Assembly: GCA_045632605.1 (NCBI GenBank)
Contig: JAZQXA010000110.1
Coordinates: 1-51,512 of the forward strand
Reading direction: 5' to 3'
DNA from: Candidatus Flemingiibacterium sp.
Lineage (GTDB): Bacteria > Bacillota > Clostridia > Oscillospirales > CAG-272
DNA: 51,512 nucleotides
A program made the position numbers and the translations under genes. The notes under the pieces are model-generated. The model was not told the DNA's origin, ran no database searches, and was given only the letters and a program-made list of their open reading frames with translations. Below, piece by piece: positions 1 to 8,861 of this stretch; positions within the stretch are counted from its first letter, which is position 1; each line of letters opens with the position of its first letter.

Positions 1-189
1 ATCTGCAAGAGCTTTGCGCTTTGCTTCCTCTGCGGCGGCATAGTCGCCATCGATGTCGGCACGGCGCTTTTCGAGAACCGCTGTCACAGGCTTATAAAGA
101 AACTTCTTCATCAGAAGGAACAGTATAAGCAGGTTGGCAAGGCTCACCATCATCTGCCAGAAATTGACGGAAATAACTTCCATATTCAT
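1..189 (-). CDS. atpF: F-type ATP synthase F0 subunit b, N-terminal part (gene continues past the left edge)
   Basis: Manual minus-strand translation from the ATG at 189 gives MNMEVISVNFWQMMVSLANLLILFLLMKKFLYKPVTAVLEKRRADIDGDY... This is one TM helix followed by a charged helical stretch. It lies directly downstream of atpE in the usual atpI-B-E-F order. Confidence 0.8.
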   Translation of the reverse strand, partial: MNMEVISVNFWQMMVSLANLLILFLLMKKFLYKPVTAVLEKRRADIDGDYAAAEEAKRKALAD

Positions 190-209
190 TGAATTCACCT
201 GCTAAAATA

Positions 210-530
<321 letters not shown>

Positions 531-537
531 TCAAAAA

Positions 538-1440
538 TCAGTTTGCCGCACGTTTTGCGGCTTTTTTTGCTTTCAGATTTTCCCAGTCGTCAATTGCGAA
601 AGCCCCCGAAACATAAAGCATCGTCAGCATCGCAAATATAAACGCCTGCAGACATCCGCTGAAAACATCGAAGTAAATAGACAATATCGCCGGAAGTCCG
701 ACCTGCAAAAACGGAATATCGGCAAGAAATCCGGGAAGCCATCCCAAAATCATCTTTGATAATCCCTGAAGTGCCGTTGCAACGAGCACCGAAATTACAC
801 TTCCCGAGATGATGTTTCCGTAGTGACGGAAAGCCATCGACACCGGCGTTGCCACCTCGCTTATGATGTTAAGCGGAGCAAGTGGGGGCGGATCGCAGAA
901 GCTTGCGAGATAATGCAATGGACCGCATTTCATTTTGTAGTATGTGATGAGCACAAAAACTATAATTGCCCATCCGGCAACGACATTCATATCGGATGTC
1001 GGCGGATAAAGACCGATAAGCGTTATAAGGCTTGAAAAAGCCGACAGCGCCATTATCGCCGCAATAAACGGGGGGAATCCTCCGAAATACTTGTCATCGC
1101 CCATGTTGGCTCGAACCATGTTCTGTGTTTTTTCAACAACCCATTCTGCGGCAAGCTGACGGGTGGTTTCAACTCCGGCACGAATGCCGTGAGTAAAATA
1201 AAGACACACGCCGAAAATCGTTATCAGCACCAGCCATGAGTTGACTTGCGACTCAGTTATCGGAAAATCCTGAATCGGCATCGGTATCGTGAAATAAATT
1301 TGCGCGCCGGCAATTTCGATTCCGTTGCTTGCGGGTTTAAGAAGCACCCGAAGCATCATTCCGAAAAGAAGCGGCAGTATTATCATCAGCATATATCCGA
1401 TATCCGCAGCCTTAAAGCGCAGTGACCGTTCTTTTTTCAT
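538..1440 (-). CDS. atpB: F-type ATP synthase F0 subunit a
   Basis: 300-aa polytopic membrane protein. It has the FRHYGNIISG motif (equivalent to the RLFGN..aG stator arginine helix) and sits between atpI-like and atpE. Confidence 0.88.
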   Translation of the reverse strand: MKKERSLRFKAADIGYMLMIILPLLFGMMLRVLLKPASNGIEIAGAQIYFTIPMPIQDFPITESQVNSWLVLITIFGVCLYFTHGIRAGVETTRQLAAEWVVEKTQNMVRANMGDDKYFGGFPPFIAAIMALSAFSSLITLIGLYPPTSDMNVVAGWAIIVFVLITYYKMKCGPLHYLASFCDPPPLAPLNIISEVATPVSMAFRHYGNIISGSVISVLVATALQGLSKMILGWLPGFLADIPFLQVGLPAILSIYFDVFSGCLQAFIFAMLTMLYVSGAFAIDDWENLKAKKAAKRAAN

Positions 1441-1445
1441 TAAGA

Positions 1446-1868
1446 CTATTCACTCTCCTTTTTGTCCATCCGCTTATCAAAAACCGGACGGAATGCAATT
1501 GCAATTCGCGGAAACAGAAGTGAAACAAGCACCGCAATCACGTTAAAAACACTCGGAATCAAAAATCCGACAGCCGCAAACGCAAGCTGCATAAACATAC
1601 GCAAGGTCTGCGAAAGCTTTATAACGTCGCGAGCTTCCTTTTCTTCCTTTCCGAGTGCCTTCTGCACTGTAATTCCCATCAGGAAGAAATTAAGCACCGC
1701 GCAGAATCCGCCAAGCAGATTTCCGAAAAGCACGGTAATATCCCATTTGCCAATGATGAGAAATACCGCCTCCATCAGAGCTGACAGTATAATAACACCT
1801 GCCCCTATATACATTGTTTCGCGTTTTACCGTGGCATCGATTTTATTGTTATTTTTCAGAAGTGTCAC
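1446..1868 (-). CDS. atpI: ATP synthase protein I-like small membrane protein
   Basis: 140-aa protein with 4 predicted TM segments, first gene of the atp operon, ending 6 nt before atpB. Called from position and topology only. Confidence 0.55.
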   Translation of the reverse strand: MTLLKNNNKIDATVKRETMYIGAGVIILSALMEAVFLIIGKWDITVLFGNLLGGFCAVLNFFLMGITVQKALGKEEKEARDVIKLSQTLRMFMQLAFAAVGFLIPSVFNVIAVLVSLLFPRIAIAFRPVFDKRMDKKESE

Positions 1869-1898
1869 CTCCGATTTGAAGAAAATATACTAAATTAA

Positions 1899-1927
1899 AG
1901 TATAACATAAATTTTCCATATGTGCAA
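1899..1927 (-). promoter_or_regulatory. Putative sigma-A promoter of the atp operon
   Basis: On the minus strand: TTGCAC (1927..1922), 17-nt spacer, TATACT (1904..1899) preceded by TGT. It lies about 30 nt upstream of the atpI-like start. Confidence 0.55.
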
Positions 1928-2010
1928 GAGGTTATACATATTTTTCCCAAAAACTTTTTGAAAACTTTGATAGCTTTTTGACAAATTGCTCTTTTGTGTG
2001 TTATAAATAT

Positions 2011-2054
2011 AAAAAAATCACAGCTTACGCATAATACTGCGTAAGCTGTTTTTC
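2011..2054 (-). terminator. Rho-independent terminator (bidirectional shape) after the ABC exporter gene
   Basis: 12-bp perfect stem ACAGCTTACGCA (2020..2031) / TGCGTAAGCTGT (2038..2049) with a 6-nt loop. An A-run precedes it and a T-run follows it. Confidence 0.8.
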
Positions 2055-3773
2055 TTATATCTTTTCTCTGAACTGCCCCGAGTGGAGCTTTGCATACATA
2101 CCTCCAAGGCTGACAAGCTCATCGTGAGTACCCTGTTCAATGATTTCGCCCTCGGAAATAACCGCTATCTCATCTGCGTTTTTGATGGTCGAAAGACGGT
2201 GCGCAACAACTATAGTCGTACGTCCACGACACAGTTCGTCAAGGGCCTGCTGAATCATAATCTCTGTCGTATTGTCAAGCGCACTCGTTGCCTCATCAAG
2301 AATGAGAATCGCCGGATTTTTGAGGAATACACGCGCGATTGATAAACGCTGCTTCTGTCCGCCGGAAAGCCGTACTCCTCGCTCACCGATAACCGTTTCA
2401 TATCCGTCATCGAGCGTCATTATCCAATCGTGAATATTAGCACGCTTTGCCGCTTCAATTACCTCTTCTTCGGTCGCGTCAAGCCTTCCGTAAAGTATGT
2501 TTTCGCGTATTGAGGCGTTGAAAAGATAAATATCCTGCTGTACGATTCCGATATTGCGGCGGAGCGACTCCGCGGTAATTTCGTGTATGTCACGTCCGTC
2601 AATAAGTATCTCTCCGGATTCAATATCGTAAAAATGCGGTATCAGATGACAAATCGTCGTCTTTCCTCCGCCGGACGGACCTACCAGTGCAAATGTTTTG
2701 CCCTTATCGATTGAAAGGCTCACACCACGCAGCACATCATGCTCGCCATCATATGCGTAGGTAACATTTTTAAATTCAATTTTACCCTCTGCACGTCCGA
2801 TATCCACAGCTCCGGGCGCATCCGATTCCGGCTCAGCATCAACGATTTCAACAAATCTTTCAAATCCCGTAACGCCGTTCTGATACTGCTCCATAAAGTT
2901 AATCATAGTCATAACCGGTGTTATAAATACGCCGACAGACACCATGAATGTCGTGTAATCGGCAAATTCAATCTTGTCTGCATAAAGGAACAAGCCGCCT
3001 GCGATAAGAACGATAACATTGAAAATATCGGTTATAAACGACGTTGACGAATGAAACTGTCCCATCGCCTTATAAGCCTTTCGGCGAGATTCGACGAACT
3101 TTTCGTTGCCTTCCTCAAATTTTTCCTGCTCTCGCTCGGCGTTAGTAAATGCCTTTGTAACGCGGATACCCGAAATCGAGCTTTCGAGCGAAGCATTTAT
3201 AATTGCAACTGACTGACGGCTTTCAAGGAATGCCGCACGCATCTTTCCACGGAGCATCGTTGCAATGATAAGCAAAAACGGCACTGCCGCAAAAATTATC
3301 AGCGTCAGCCAGATGTTGATGGTCGAAAGATAAATAAACGCCGTAACAACAGATACGCTTGAAATAAGTATATTTTCGGGGCCGTGATGTGCAAGCTCAC
3401 TTATTTCCATGAGGTCGTTTGTCATACGGGACATGATTTTTCCCGTTTCGTGGTTATCGTAATAGCTGTACGGCAATTTTTCGAGATGAGCGAACATTTC
3501 CGAGCGCATCTGCGCCTGCATACGAACGCCCATAACGTGACCGTAATACTGAATAAAATAATTCAGAAGCATACGAACAGCGTACAACACAAGCAGTGAC
3601 AGACCGAAAATCACAATCATCCGATAATTCTGATTCGGTATGAAATCGTTAAGCATCGTGCGTGTAACCATCGGATAAAGGATACCGATAAGTGCAACAA
3701 CGAGCGAAGCTAACATATCAAGCGTAAAAATGCAGATATGCGGCTTATAATATGACAGAAAACGTTTAAGCAT
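2055..3773 (-). CDS. ABC transporter, fused permease/ATP-binding protein (exporter type)
   Basis: 572 aa. N-terminal six-TM exporter domain, then Walker A GPSGGGKTT, signature LSGGQKQR and Walker B ILILDEATS. Its start overlaps the MarR stop by 8 nt. Confidence 0.92.
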   Translation of the reverse strand: MLKRFLSYYKPHICIFTLDMLASLVVALIGILYPMVTRTMLNDFIPNQNYRMIVIFGLSLLVLYAVRMLLNYFIQYYGHVMGVRMQAQMRSEMFAHLEKLPYSYYDNHETGKIMSRMTNDLMEISELAHHGPENILISSVSVVTAFIYLSTINIWLTLIIFAAVPFLLIIATMLRGKMRAAFLESRQSVAIINASLESSISGIRVTKAFTNAEREQEKFEEGNEKFVESRRKAYKAMGQFHSSTSFITDIFNVIVLIAGGLFLYADKIEFADYTTFMVSVGVFITPVMTMINFMEQYQNGVTGFERFVEIVDAEPESDAPGAVDIGRAEGKIEFKNVTYAYDGEHDVLRGVSLSIDKGKTFALVGPSGGGKTTICHLIPHFYDIESGEILIDGRDIHEITAESLRRNIGIVQQDIYLFNASIRENILYGRLDATEEEVIEAAKRANIHDWIMTLDDGYETVIGERGVRLSGGQKQRLSIARVFLKNPAILILDEATSALDNTTEIMIQQALDELCRGRTTIVVAHRLSTIKNADEIAVISEGEIIEQGTHDELVSLGGMYAKLHSGQFREKI

Positions 3774-4251
3774 CCGTTTTTTCCTCCTTCTTATTCAGGC
3801 AGCAGCCATCAAACCCATCTTTCCATTTTTCGAGAAGTATGCCGAGAATATCATAAAGCTGCTCTTTCTTTTCATCATCGAGTATACCGAAAAGCTCCTC
3901 TGCCATTGTATCACGTTCACGCTCAAAAATTTCGGCACGCTCTCGTCCTGCTTCGGTAAGCGACAGCTCAAAATTACGCTTGTCCCCTTCCGAGCGTACA
4001 CGCTCAATAAAGCCGCCTGCCTCAACCTTTGCAATTATTTCAGATAAGCTTCCGGCTTGAATTTTCATGTACTCCATCAGCTCACGCTGTTTCATCGCGC
4101 CCTCTTTTTTTAATATCAGCAAAATTCGGTTCTGCGACATATTGAGCGGATATCTGTGATAAAGGATATGTCCGCAGAAGCGCATACGCTTCATAAGCTC
4201 TGTATCCGTGAAAATTTCAATCAGCTCCTTTTTGTTTAGGTACCTTAACAT
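3766..4251 (-). CDS. MarR-family transcriptional regulator
   Basis: Winged-helix region NMSQNRILLILKKEGAMKQRELMEYMKIQAGSLSEIIAKVEAGGFIERVRSEGDKR. It is translationally overlapped with the downstream ABC gene. The start is uncertain: I chose the ATG at 4251, while the ORF track extends to 4287. Confidence 0.8.
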   Translation of the reverse strand: MLRYLNKKELIEIFTDTELMKRMRFCGHILYHRYPLNMSQNRILLILKKEGAMKQRELMEYMKIQAGSLSEIIAKVEAGGFIERVRSEGDKRNFELSLTEAGRERAEIFERERDTMAEELFGILDDEKKEQLYDILGILLEKWKDGFDGCCLNKKEEKTDA

Positions 4252-4317
4252 TATACCGCCCTGGAACATCAAGTTCAAGGGCGGCATTCATATAGTTACA
4301 AATTATTTACATTTCAA

Positions 4318-4956
4318 TCAGCCAAGCGGCAATAAACGCTCATAAAGCTTAATTTCGTCAATTGCAATATCGGCGAGCATCGGAAATTCTCCGGTGAACT
4401 TGTAAACGCCCTGCTCTACTTCTTCGCAAGTATAATCATGAGTTACAGTTAGCAGCTCCTCGCCGTAAAAATTGGGATACTCGGCTTTCACCGAAACTGT
4501 GTAAATTCCCTTTCCTGTGGCTTTTACGGAAATCACTTCAATATTTTCCTCACTTATGGGATATCCCGGAAGAAAATCCGAGCAACGGTAAAGAGCACCG
4601 TCCTTTTCAAGAAAAACCGGCGCACCTCCATACACCTCTGATGCCTTTAAAATATCGCAAATCTCCGGCGTGAAATATGTATCAAGCATAGCATCAAGCT
4701 CCGCCATTGTTCCGCATGGAGCAAAACGGTCATACTGCAGTGCAGAAATATATTCGTTGTCATACGAAATTTCTATACTTGCGTCTTCATAGACATTTTT
4801 GGCATATGCAGAAAAATATTCCGCAACGGTGTAAGCACTGTTAAATGCCTCTTTCACCTTTGCTTCTTCGGCTTCTCCTACTTTTGATGCGCACGAAGTA
4901 AGAATCGGCAAAGCAATAATAAAAAGCACTATTATCTTTAATAAAGTTTTTTTCAT
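4318..4956 (-). CDS. Putative lipoprotein, function unknown
   Basis: MKKTLLKIIVLFIIALPILTSC is a signal peptide plus lipobox. The start is moved to the internal ATG (4956) that precedes the signal peptide. Confidence 0.6.
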   Translation of the reverse strand: MKKTLLKIIVLFIIALPILTSCASKVGEAEEAKVKEAFNSAYTVAEYFSAYAKNVYEDASIEISYDNEYISALQYDRFAPCGTMAELDAMLDTYFTPEICDILKASEVYGGAPVFLEKDGALYRCSDFLPGYPISEENIEVISVKATGKGIYTVSVKAEYPNFYGEELLTVTHDYTCEEVEQGVYKFTGEFPMLADIAIDEIKLYERLLPLG

Positions 4957-5057
4957 GAAAACAGTTCTCCCCATGTTATTTACATTAATTTTCTGCTTTA
5001 ATGATAACACATCCACGGTATTTTGTCAACACCTTTTAGCATTCCGCCCCCCACAAC

Positions 5058-5087
5058 TTGACAAGAACATAAATTTTATGTTATAAT
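5058..5087 (+). promoter_or_regulatory. Putative sigma-A promoter
   Basis: TTGACA (5058..5063), 18-nt spacer ending in TGT, TATAAT (5082..5087). RBS GAGGAGG at 5111..5117 precedes the ATG at 5125. Confidence 0.6.
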
Positions 5088-5124
5088 TTTCATGCAGTAA
5101 ATACTGTTTTGAGGAGGTCGTATT

Positions 5125-6165
5125 ATGCCAAACAAGTGCAACCAGCGTCTGCGCTCCATCGCAGATTCATCGGCAATAAAGCAGTCGGTCATCCCGGCTT
5201 TTGTCTGTGATGATGCCCTGCTTGTCACGTCAAAAAGTATTGGTGCGCAAAAGAGCTTCAGCCGACCTGCCATTAACGGAAACTTCGCAAATCACATTCC
5301 AAGCGAAGCCGCCAGAAAAATCGAGTGCGAAAATGCATCCCCGTTCTGCACGGTATTCAGCATGGAAAGCGGTTACCGTTCTCATGTGATAGTTACACAA
5401 GGGCAAGTTAAGGGAGAAAAATACACCGCTTTTATTATCGAACCGCAGATAGTCTTTCTCCGTACTCACAATGCATGGTATATGACTGACGCATTCAAGC
5501 ATATCGCGCAAGCTGTCGACAACTTGTTAAACGATCCGCTGCTTCCCGTATCAAAGCTTGATTTATGCTGTCTTCGCGTATCGCGGCTCTGTTCGTTTTC
5601 GGATCAGCCCACAACGCTTCTGCAAACCGATATCGCGTACAGTCTGCGTGAGATAATGAAGGCTTGCAGCGGTACGCTAATGTCAATTGGCGGTCATGCG
5701 GAATTTCGCATTGAAACTCAGCCGATGTTTCTCACGACCTGCTCAAACAATCAGATATATATGCTGACTTCGGCGCTTCTCGTTGCAGCAGTTCCGATGT
5801 CGGACGACGGAAATGTTGATATATACTGTAACATCGACGAAAAAAATGACCGGGTTGAAATAAGTCACACAATAATTCCGTCAAAGGAATACCGCAAAAA
5901 ATTTTCAGACATTGACGAATTCATAAAATCGGTACCGCATCTTCGCCTTGAGCTCGCTGCCCTTAAGGATATGACCGAGCACTGCGAAATAGATTTCGGC
6001 TGCCGTACCGACGGCGATAATCTCACGATTTATTATAACATTTACGCCAGAAAAACCAATTACGTTGTTCTCGGTGCGCCGATACTGCAGGATGAATCGA
6101 AAAAATATCTCACAAATCTCTTCGGTTATCTGCAGGATATTGTTCGTTTCGAAAAAGCTGAATAA
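5125..6165 (+). CDS. Hypothetical cytoplasmic protein (346 aa), family not recognised
   Basis: Long ORF with a consensus promoter, a strong RBS and a downstream terminator. It has no TM segments and no catalytic motif that I can name. Confidence 0.6.
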   Translation: MPNKCNQRLRSIADSSAIKQSVIPAFVCDDALLVTSKSIGAQKSFSRPAINGNFANHIPSEAARKIECENASPFCTVFSMESGYRSHVIVTQGQVKGEKYTAFIIEPQIVFLRTHNAWYMTDAFKHIAQAVDNLLNDPLLPVSKLDLCCLRVSRLCSFSDQPTTLLQTDIAYSLREIMKACSGTLMSIGGHAEFRIETQPMFLTTCSNNQIYMLTSALLVAAVPMSDDGNVDIYCNIDEKNDRVEISHTIIPSKEYRKKFSDIDEFIKSVPHLRLELAALKDMTEHCEIDFGCRTDGDNLTIYYNIYARKTNYVVLGAPILQDESKKYLTNLFGYLQDIVRFEKAE

Positions 6166-6174
6166 GTATAGAAA

Positions 6175-6218
6175 AATCACACGGCGCACAAACATCGCCG
6201 TGTGATTCTTTATTTTTT
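6175..6218. terminator. Bidirectional rho-independent terminator between convergent genes
   Basis: Stem AATCACACGGCG (6175..6186) / CGCCGTGTGATT (6196..6207), followed by a T-rich run. Confidence 0.75.
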
Positions 6219-7106
6219 GAAAACATTCTTACACAAACCGCCAAGTCCGTCGCATTCTTCGATAAAAGCGCATATCATGTCAAGATTATCGGTATCGTAT
6301 TCAACCTCTTTTGAATAATCTTTTGCCGCTTTATTAACTTCACCGCCCATCGCCGCAATCATTATAAGTGATGCCGCAGTGAATTTAAGACAAAGCTCCT
6401 CGCCAAGCTCAAAGTAATAGCGAAAAACAAAATATGCCGCTAACCGTGAAAAACGTATATCGTACGCCGGATTCGGAACATCTGAAAAACGCTTCGGGAA
6501 TTCACGGTCAAGCACCTCAAGCTTCGAATAAAGCTCACGGAGTCGTGTATACAGCTCCGCATCAGCTTTGTCGCCGAGAAGCCGGACAAATCTTCCCCCA
6601 AGTGTTCCCTCTCCGGCAACAAGATAATCTATAATTGCCATCTGACGCTCAAGGCTTCCTTTTTCATCATCCGTCAGCGGATATCCGTCATCCTCAAGCA
6701 AAAATTCGGTCGGAGAATCAAGCCATAACCTTGCCGCCTCCTCGCAGCAAAGCCCTATTCGGGCTTCGGTCAAATTAACATCTGTGCTGTAAAATCTCGG
6801 ATGCTCGCGGCAGATTTCGCAGATTGAATCCTCCCCAAGCCTTAAAATCAGCTCACAGAGATTATCACAGCGGAGAAACGGACATCTTTCGCCCTCACGG
6901 CAGAGTAATATCCCGTCCTCGCAAGTGTTAAGATTTCTCCTGACATATTCGCCAACCTCGCCGTCAAGTGCGCTGTAGTATTCGGCTGTATCTTCGTCAA
7001 CATATATCTCCCAACCTGCACAGCAGGTGTCACTGCACTCGGATGCGATACATTTAAAGCTATCAAAAAATTTAGGTTTTACCGTCACGCCGATGTCACC
7101 TTTCAC
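6210..7106 (-). CDS. Cys-rich FliB-family protein (flagellin lysine-N-methylase-like / YkgJ zinc-iron chelating domain)
   Basis: The N-terminus KPKFFDSFKCIASECSDTCCAGWEIYVDEDTAEYY and later CPFL/C..LC cysteine clusters match my memory of the FliB/UPF0153 pattern. Confidence 0.5.
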   Translation of the reverse strand: MKGDIGVTVKPKFFDSFKCIASECSDTCCAGWEIYVDEDTAEYYSALDGEVGEYVRRNLNTCEDGILLCREGERCPFLRCDNLCELILRLGEDSICEICREHPRFYSTDVNLTEARIGLCCEEAARLWLDSPTEFLLEDDGYPLTDDEKGSLERQMAIIDYLVAGEGTLGGRFVRLLGDKADAELYTRLRELYSKLEVLDREFPKRFSDVPNPAYDIRFSRLAAYFVFRYYFELGEELCLKFTAASLIMIAAMGGEVNKAAKDYSKEVEYDTDNLDMICAFIEECDGLGGLCKNVFKK

Positions 7107-7222
7107 TGATTTTTATATGAATCTATTATACTATACCTCTGCGCTAAAATCAATATCCGGCGAGAAAGTTTTCATAAGAAACCCGATATTGCGCTTTTAT
7201 ATGTAAAATATACTGCTACTGC

Positions 7223-7251
7223 TTGACATCGGGGATTTTTTACAGTATAAT
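7223..7251 (+). promoter_or_regulatory. Putative sigma-A promoter
   Basis: TTGACA (7223..7228), 17-nt spacer, TATAAT (7246..7251). Confidence 0.6.
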
Positions 7252-7314
7252 ATATATGTTATATTTATCATAGAGGGAGAAATTGCCTCAATATTCGGGG
7301 CAGGATAAATAGTT

Positions 7315-8265
7315 ATGATTACTGTAAAAACCCATCCGCTTCATAAATTCGACGATGAAAAATTCACGCTCGCAGTTATTGCGGCGCGTCATAACGATAA
7401 GCTCGTATTTGTACGCAGACGCAGCTTCACCACTTGGGAAATGCCCGGCGGACACAGAGAAGACGGTGACGAGTCTATTCTCGAAACCGCAAAGCGAGAG
7501 CTTTATGAGGAAACCGGTGCTTCGATGTACCGCATTGTACCCGTTTGCGCTTATACTGTAGACGAAACCGGATATGATAAACTTTACGGTGTACTTTTCG
7601 TGGCAGATATCTTCAAGTTCGGCAATCTTCCCGAATCGGAAATCGGAGAAGTCCGTATGTTTGAATCCGTTCCAAATGAGCTGACTTTCCCGAAGATTCA
7701 GGCAAAGCTTTCTGTCATTTCCCTGCCACACGAGCTTTGCGGCGGAATGGGTAAGGATATATCAATCCGCCGAGCACAGCACATTGATATCGCCGACCTT
7801 TGCGAGCTCTACCGCCCGGCATTTGTGAGCACCGGTGACGAAGATACTGACGAAATTATTAAAATCGAGCAGGATTTCCGTATGCGTACAACAGAGCATC
7901 TTCTCCGTACATCTATGGAGAAACAAAACCGCCATGTATTCATCGCATACGACGGCATCTGCCCAATCGGTGCCTGCGAAATAAGACTGCTTTCGAAAAC
8001 TCAAGATACAAATTATGACGGCGCTGAAATTGAAAAGCTCACCGTTGCCGAAACTCACCGCCGTTCGGGAATCGGACGTCATCTTACCGACTGTGCGGCT
8101 GAATATGTTAAAAATATGGGATGCACATATGCGGTTGTATGGATTGCATCTGCCGATGAACAGCTCTGCAAGATGGCTGAAGCACAGGGCTTTGCTTACG
8201 ACGGCACACGCGAAATGACCGACACTGGAAGCAGACTTCGTTACCGTAAAAATTTTGCTGACTAA
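7315..8265 (+). CDS. Nudix hydrolase fused to a GNAT N-acetyltransferase domain
   Basis: Nudix box GGHREDGDESILETAKRELYEETG in the N-terminal half. GNAT motif-A-like HRRSGIGRHLTDCAAEYVKNMG in the C-terminal half. Confidence 0.8.
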   Translation: MITVKTHPLHKFDDEKFTLAVIAARHNDKLVFVRRRSFTTWEMPGGHREDGDESILETAKRELYEETGASMYRIVPVCAYTVDETGYDKLYGVLFVADIFKFGNLPESEIGEVRMFESVPNELTFPKIQAKLSVISLPHELCGGMGKDISIRRAQHIDIADLCELYRPAFVSTGDEDTDEIIKIEQDFRMRTTEHLLRTSMEKQNRHVFIAYDGICPIGACEIRLLSKTQDTNYDGAEIEKLTVAETHRRSGIGRHLTDCAAEYVKNMGCTYAVVWIASADEQLCKMAEAQGFAYDGTREMTDTGSRLRYRKNFAD

Positions 8266-8281
8266 TTATTAAATCTGCGGG

Positions 8282-8818
8282 ATGGAAATAAAAATACGCA
8301 GAATGGCACGGGATCCTTGGCCGAGGATACTTGAGAGAGAGTATACACACGCTCCTTTTTCCGGTGAGAATATTTCCGGTGAGGTTTCACTTCTCCATTT
8401 CAAAAAAGTGTCAAAGCCTCTCGATGTAACACTGGACGGCAAAGTCATACGAATAGTCGGTGACGGTTATTATTGGATTCAGATTGCCCCAAAAAACGAA
8501 AACTGGTGGATAACAGCAGCATTTGACGAAAACAAAAATCCGGTGCAGTATTATATCGACGTTACGCTTAAAAACGTAATCGACGGCAGCGAATCTTACT
8601 TTTATGACCTTTTTCTCGATGTAGTCTTCGCCCCGAACGGTATTCCGTTTCTTTTTGACGAGGACGAGCTTGACGAAGCACTGGAGCTTGGAATTATTAC
8701 ACCGGAACAGCATAAGTTTTCACACAGCATTGCCGAGTGCTTGATGTCGGCATTCCCCGAAAGATTAAATGAACTTGAGAGCTTTTGTCTTGAGTCTCTG
8801 CGGCGGCTGTCACAGTGA
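8282..8818 (+). CDS. DUF402-family protein
   Basis: The pattern DGYYWIQIAPKNENWWITAAFDENKNPVQYYIDV...DLFLDVVF resembles the DUF402 (FomD/RNase-G-like) fold signature, from memory. Confidence 0.55.
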   Translation: MEIKIRRMARDPWPRILEREYTHAPFSGENISGEVSLLHFKKVSKPLDVTLDGKVIRIVGDGYYWIQIAPKNENWWITAAFDENKNPVQYYIDVTLKNVIDGSESYFYDLFLDVVFAPNGIPFLFDEDELDEALELGIITPEQHKFSHSIAECLMSAFPERLNELESFCLESLRRLSQ

Positions 8819-8861
8819 CGGCTGCCGTTTTTTTCAGAAAATCAAAAAAAGGACTGATTTA

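Noticed and set aside
1462-1893. 143-aa plus-strand ORF
   Set aside because: It is antisense to the atpI-like gene within a clear minus-strand operon. It is a shadow ORF.
1979-2010. Plus-strand TTGACA ... TTATAA promoter-like element upstream of the ABC-gene terminator
   Set aside because: The -10 is imperfect, and a transcript would run straight into the 12-bp terminator hairpin after about 10 nt. It is most likely fortuitous in an AT-rich spacer.
8769-8861. N-terminal 31-codon extension of the TrkH-family ORF overlapping the DUF402 gene
   Set aside because: The extension is Cys-rich and non-membrane, overlaps the upstream CDS and lacks an RBS. The ATG at 8862 gives a normal TrkH N-terminus.
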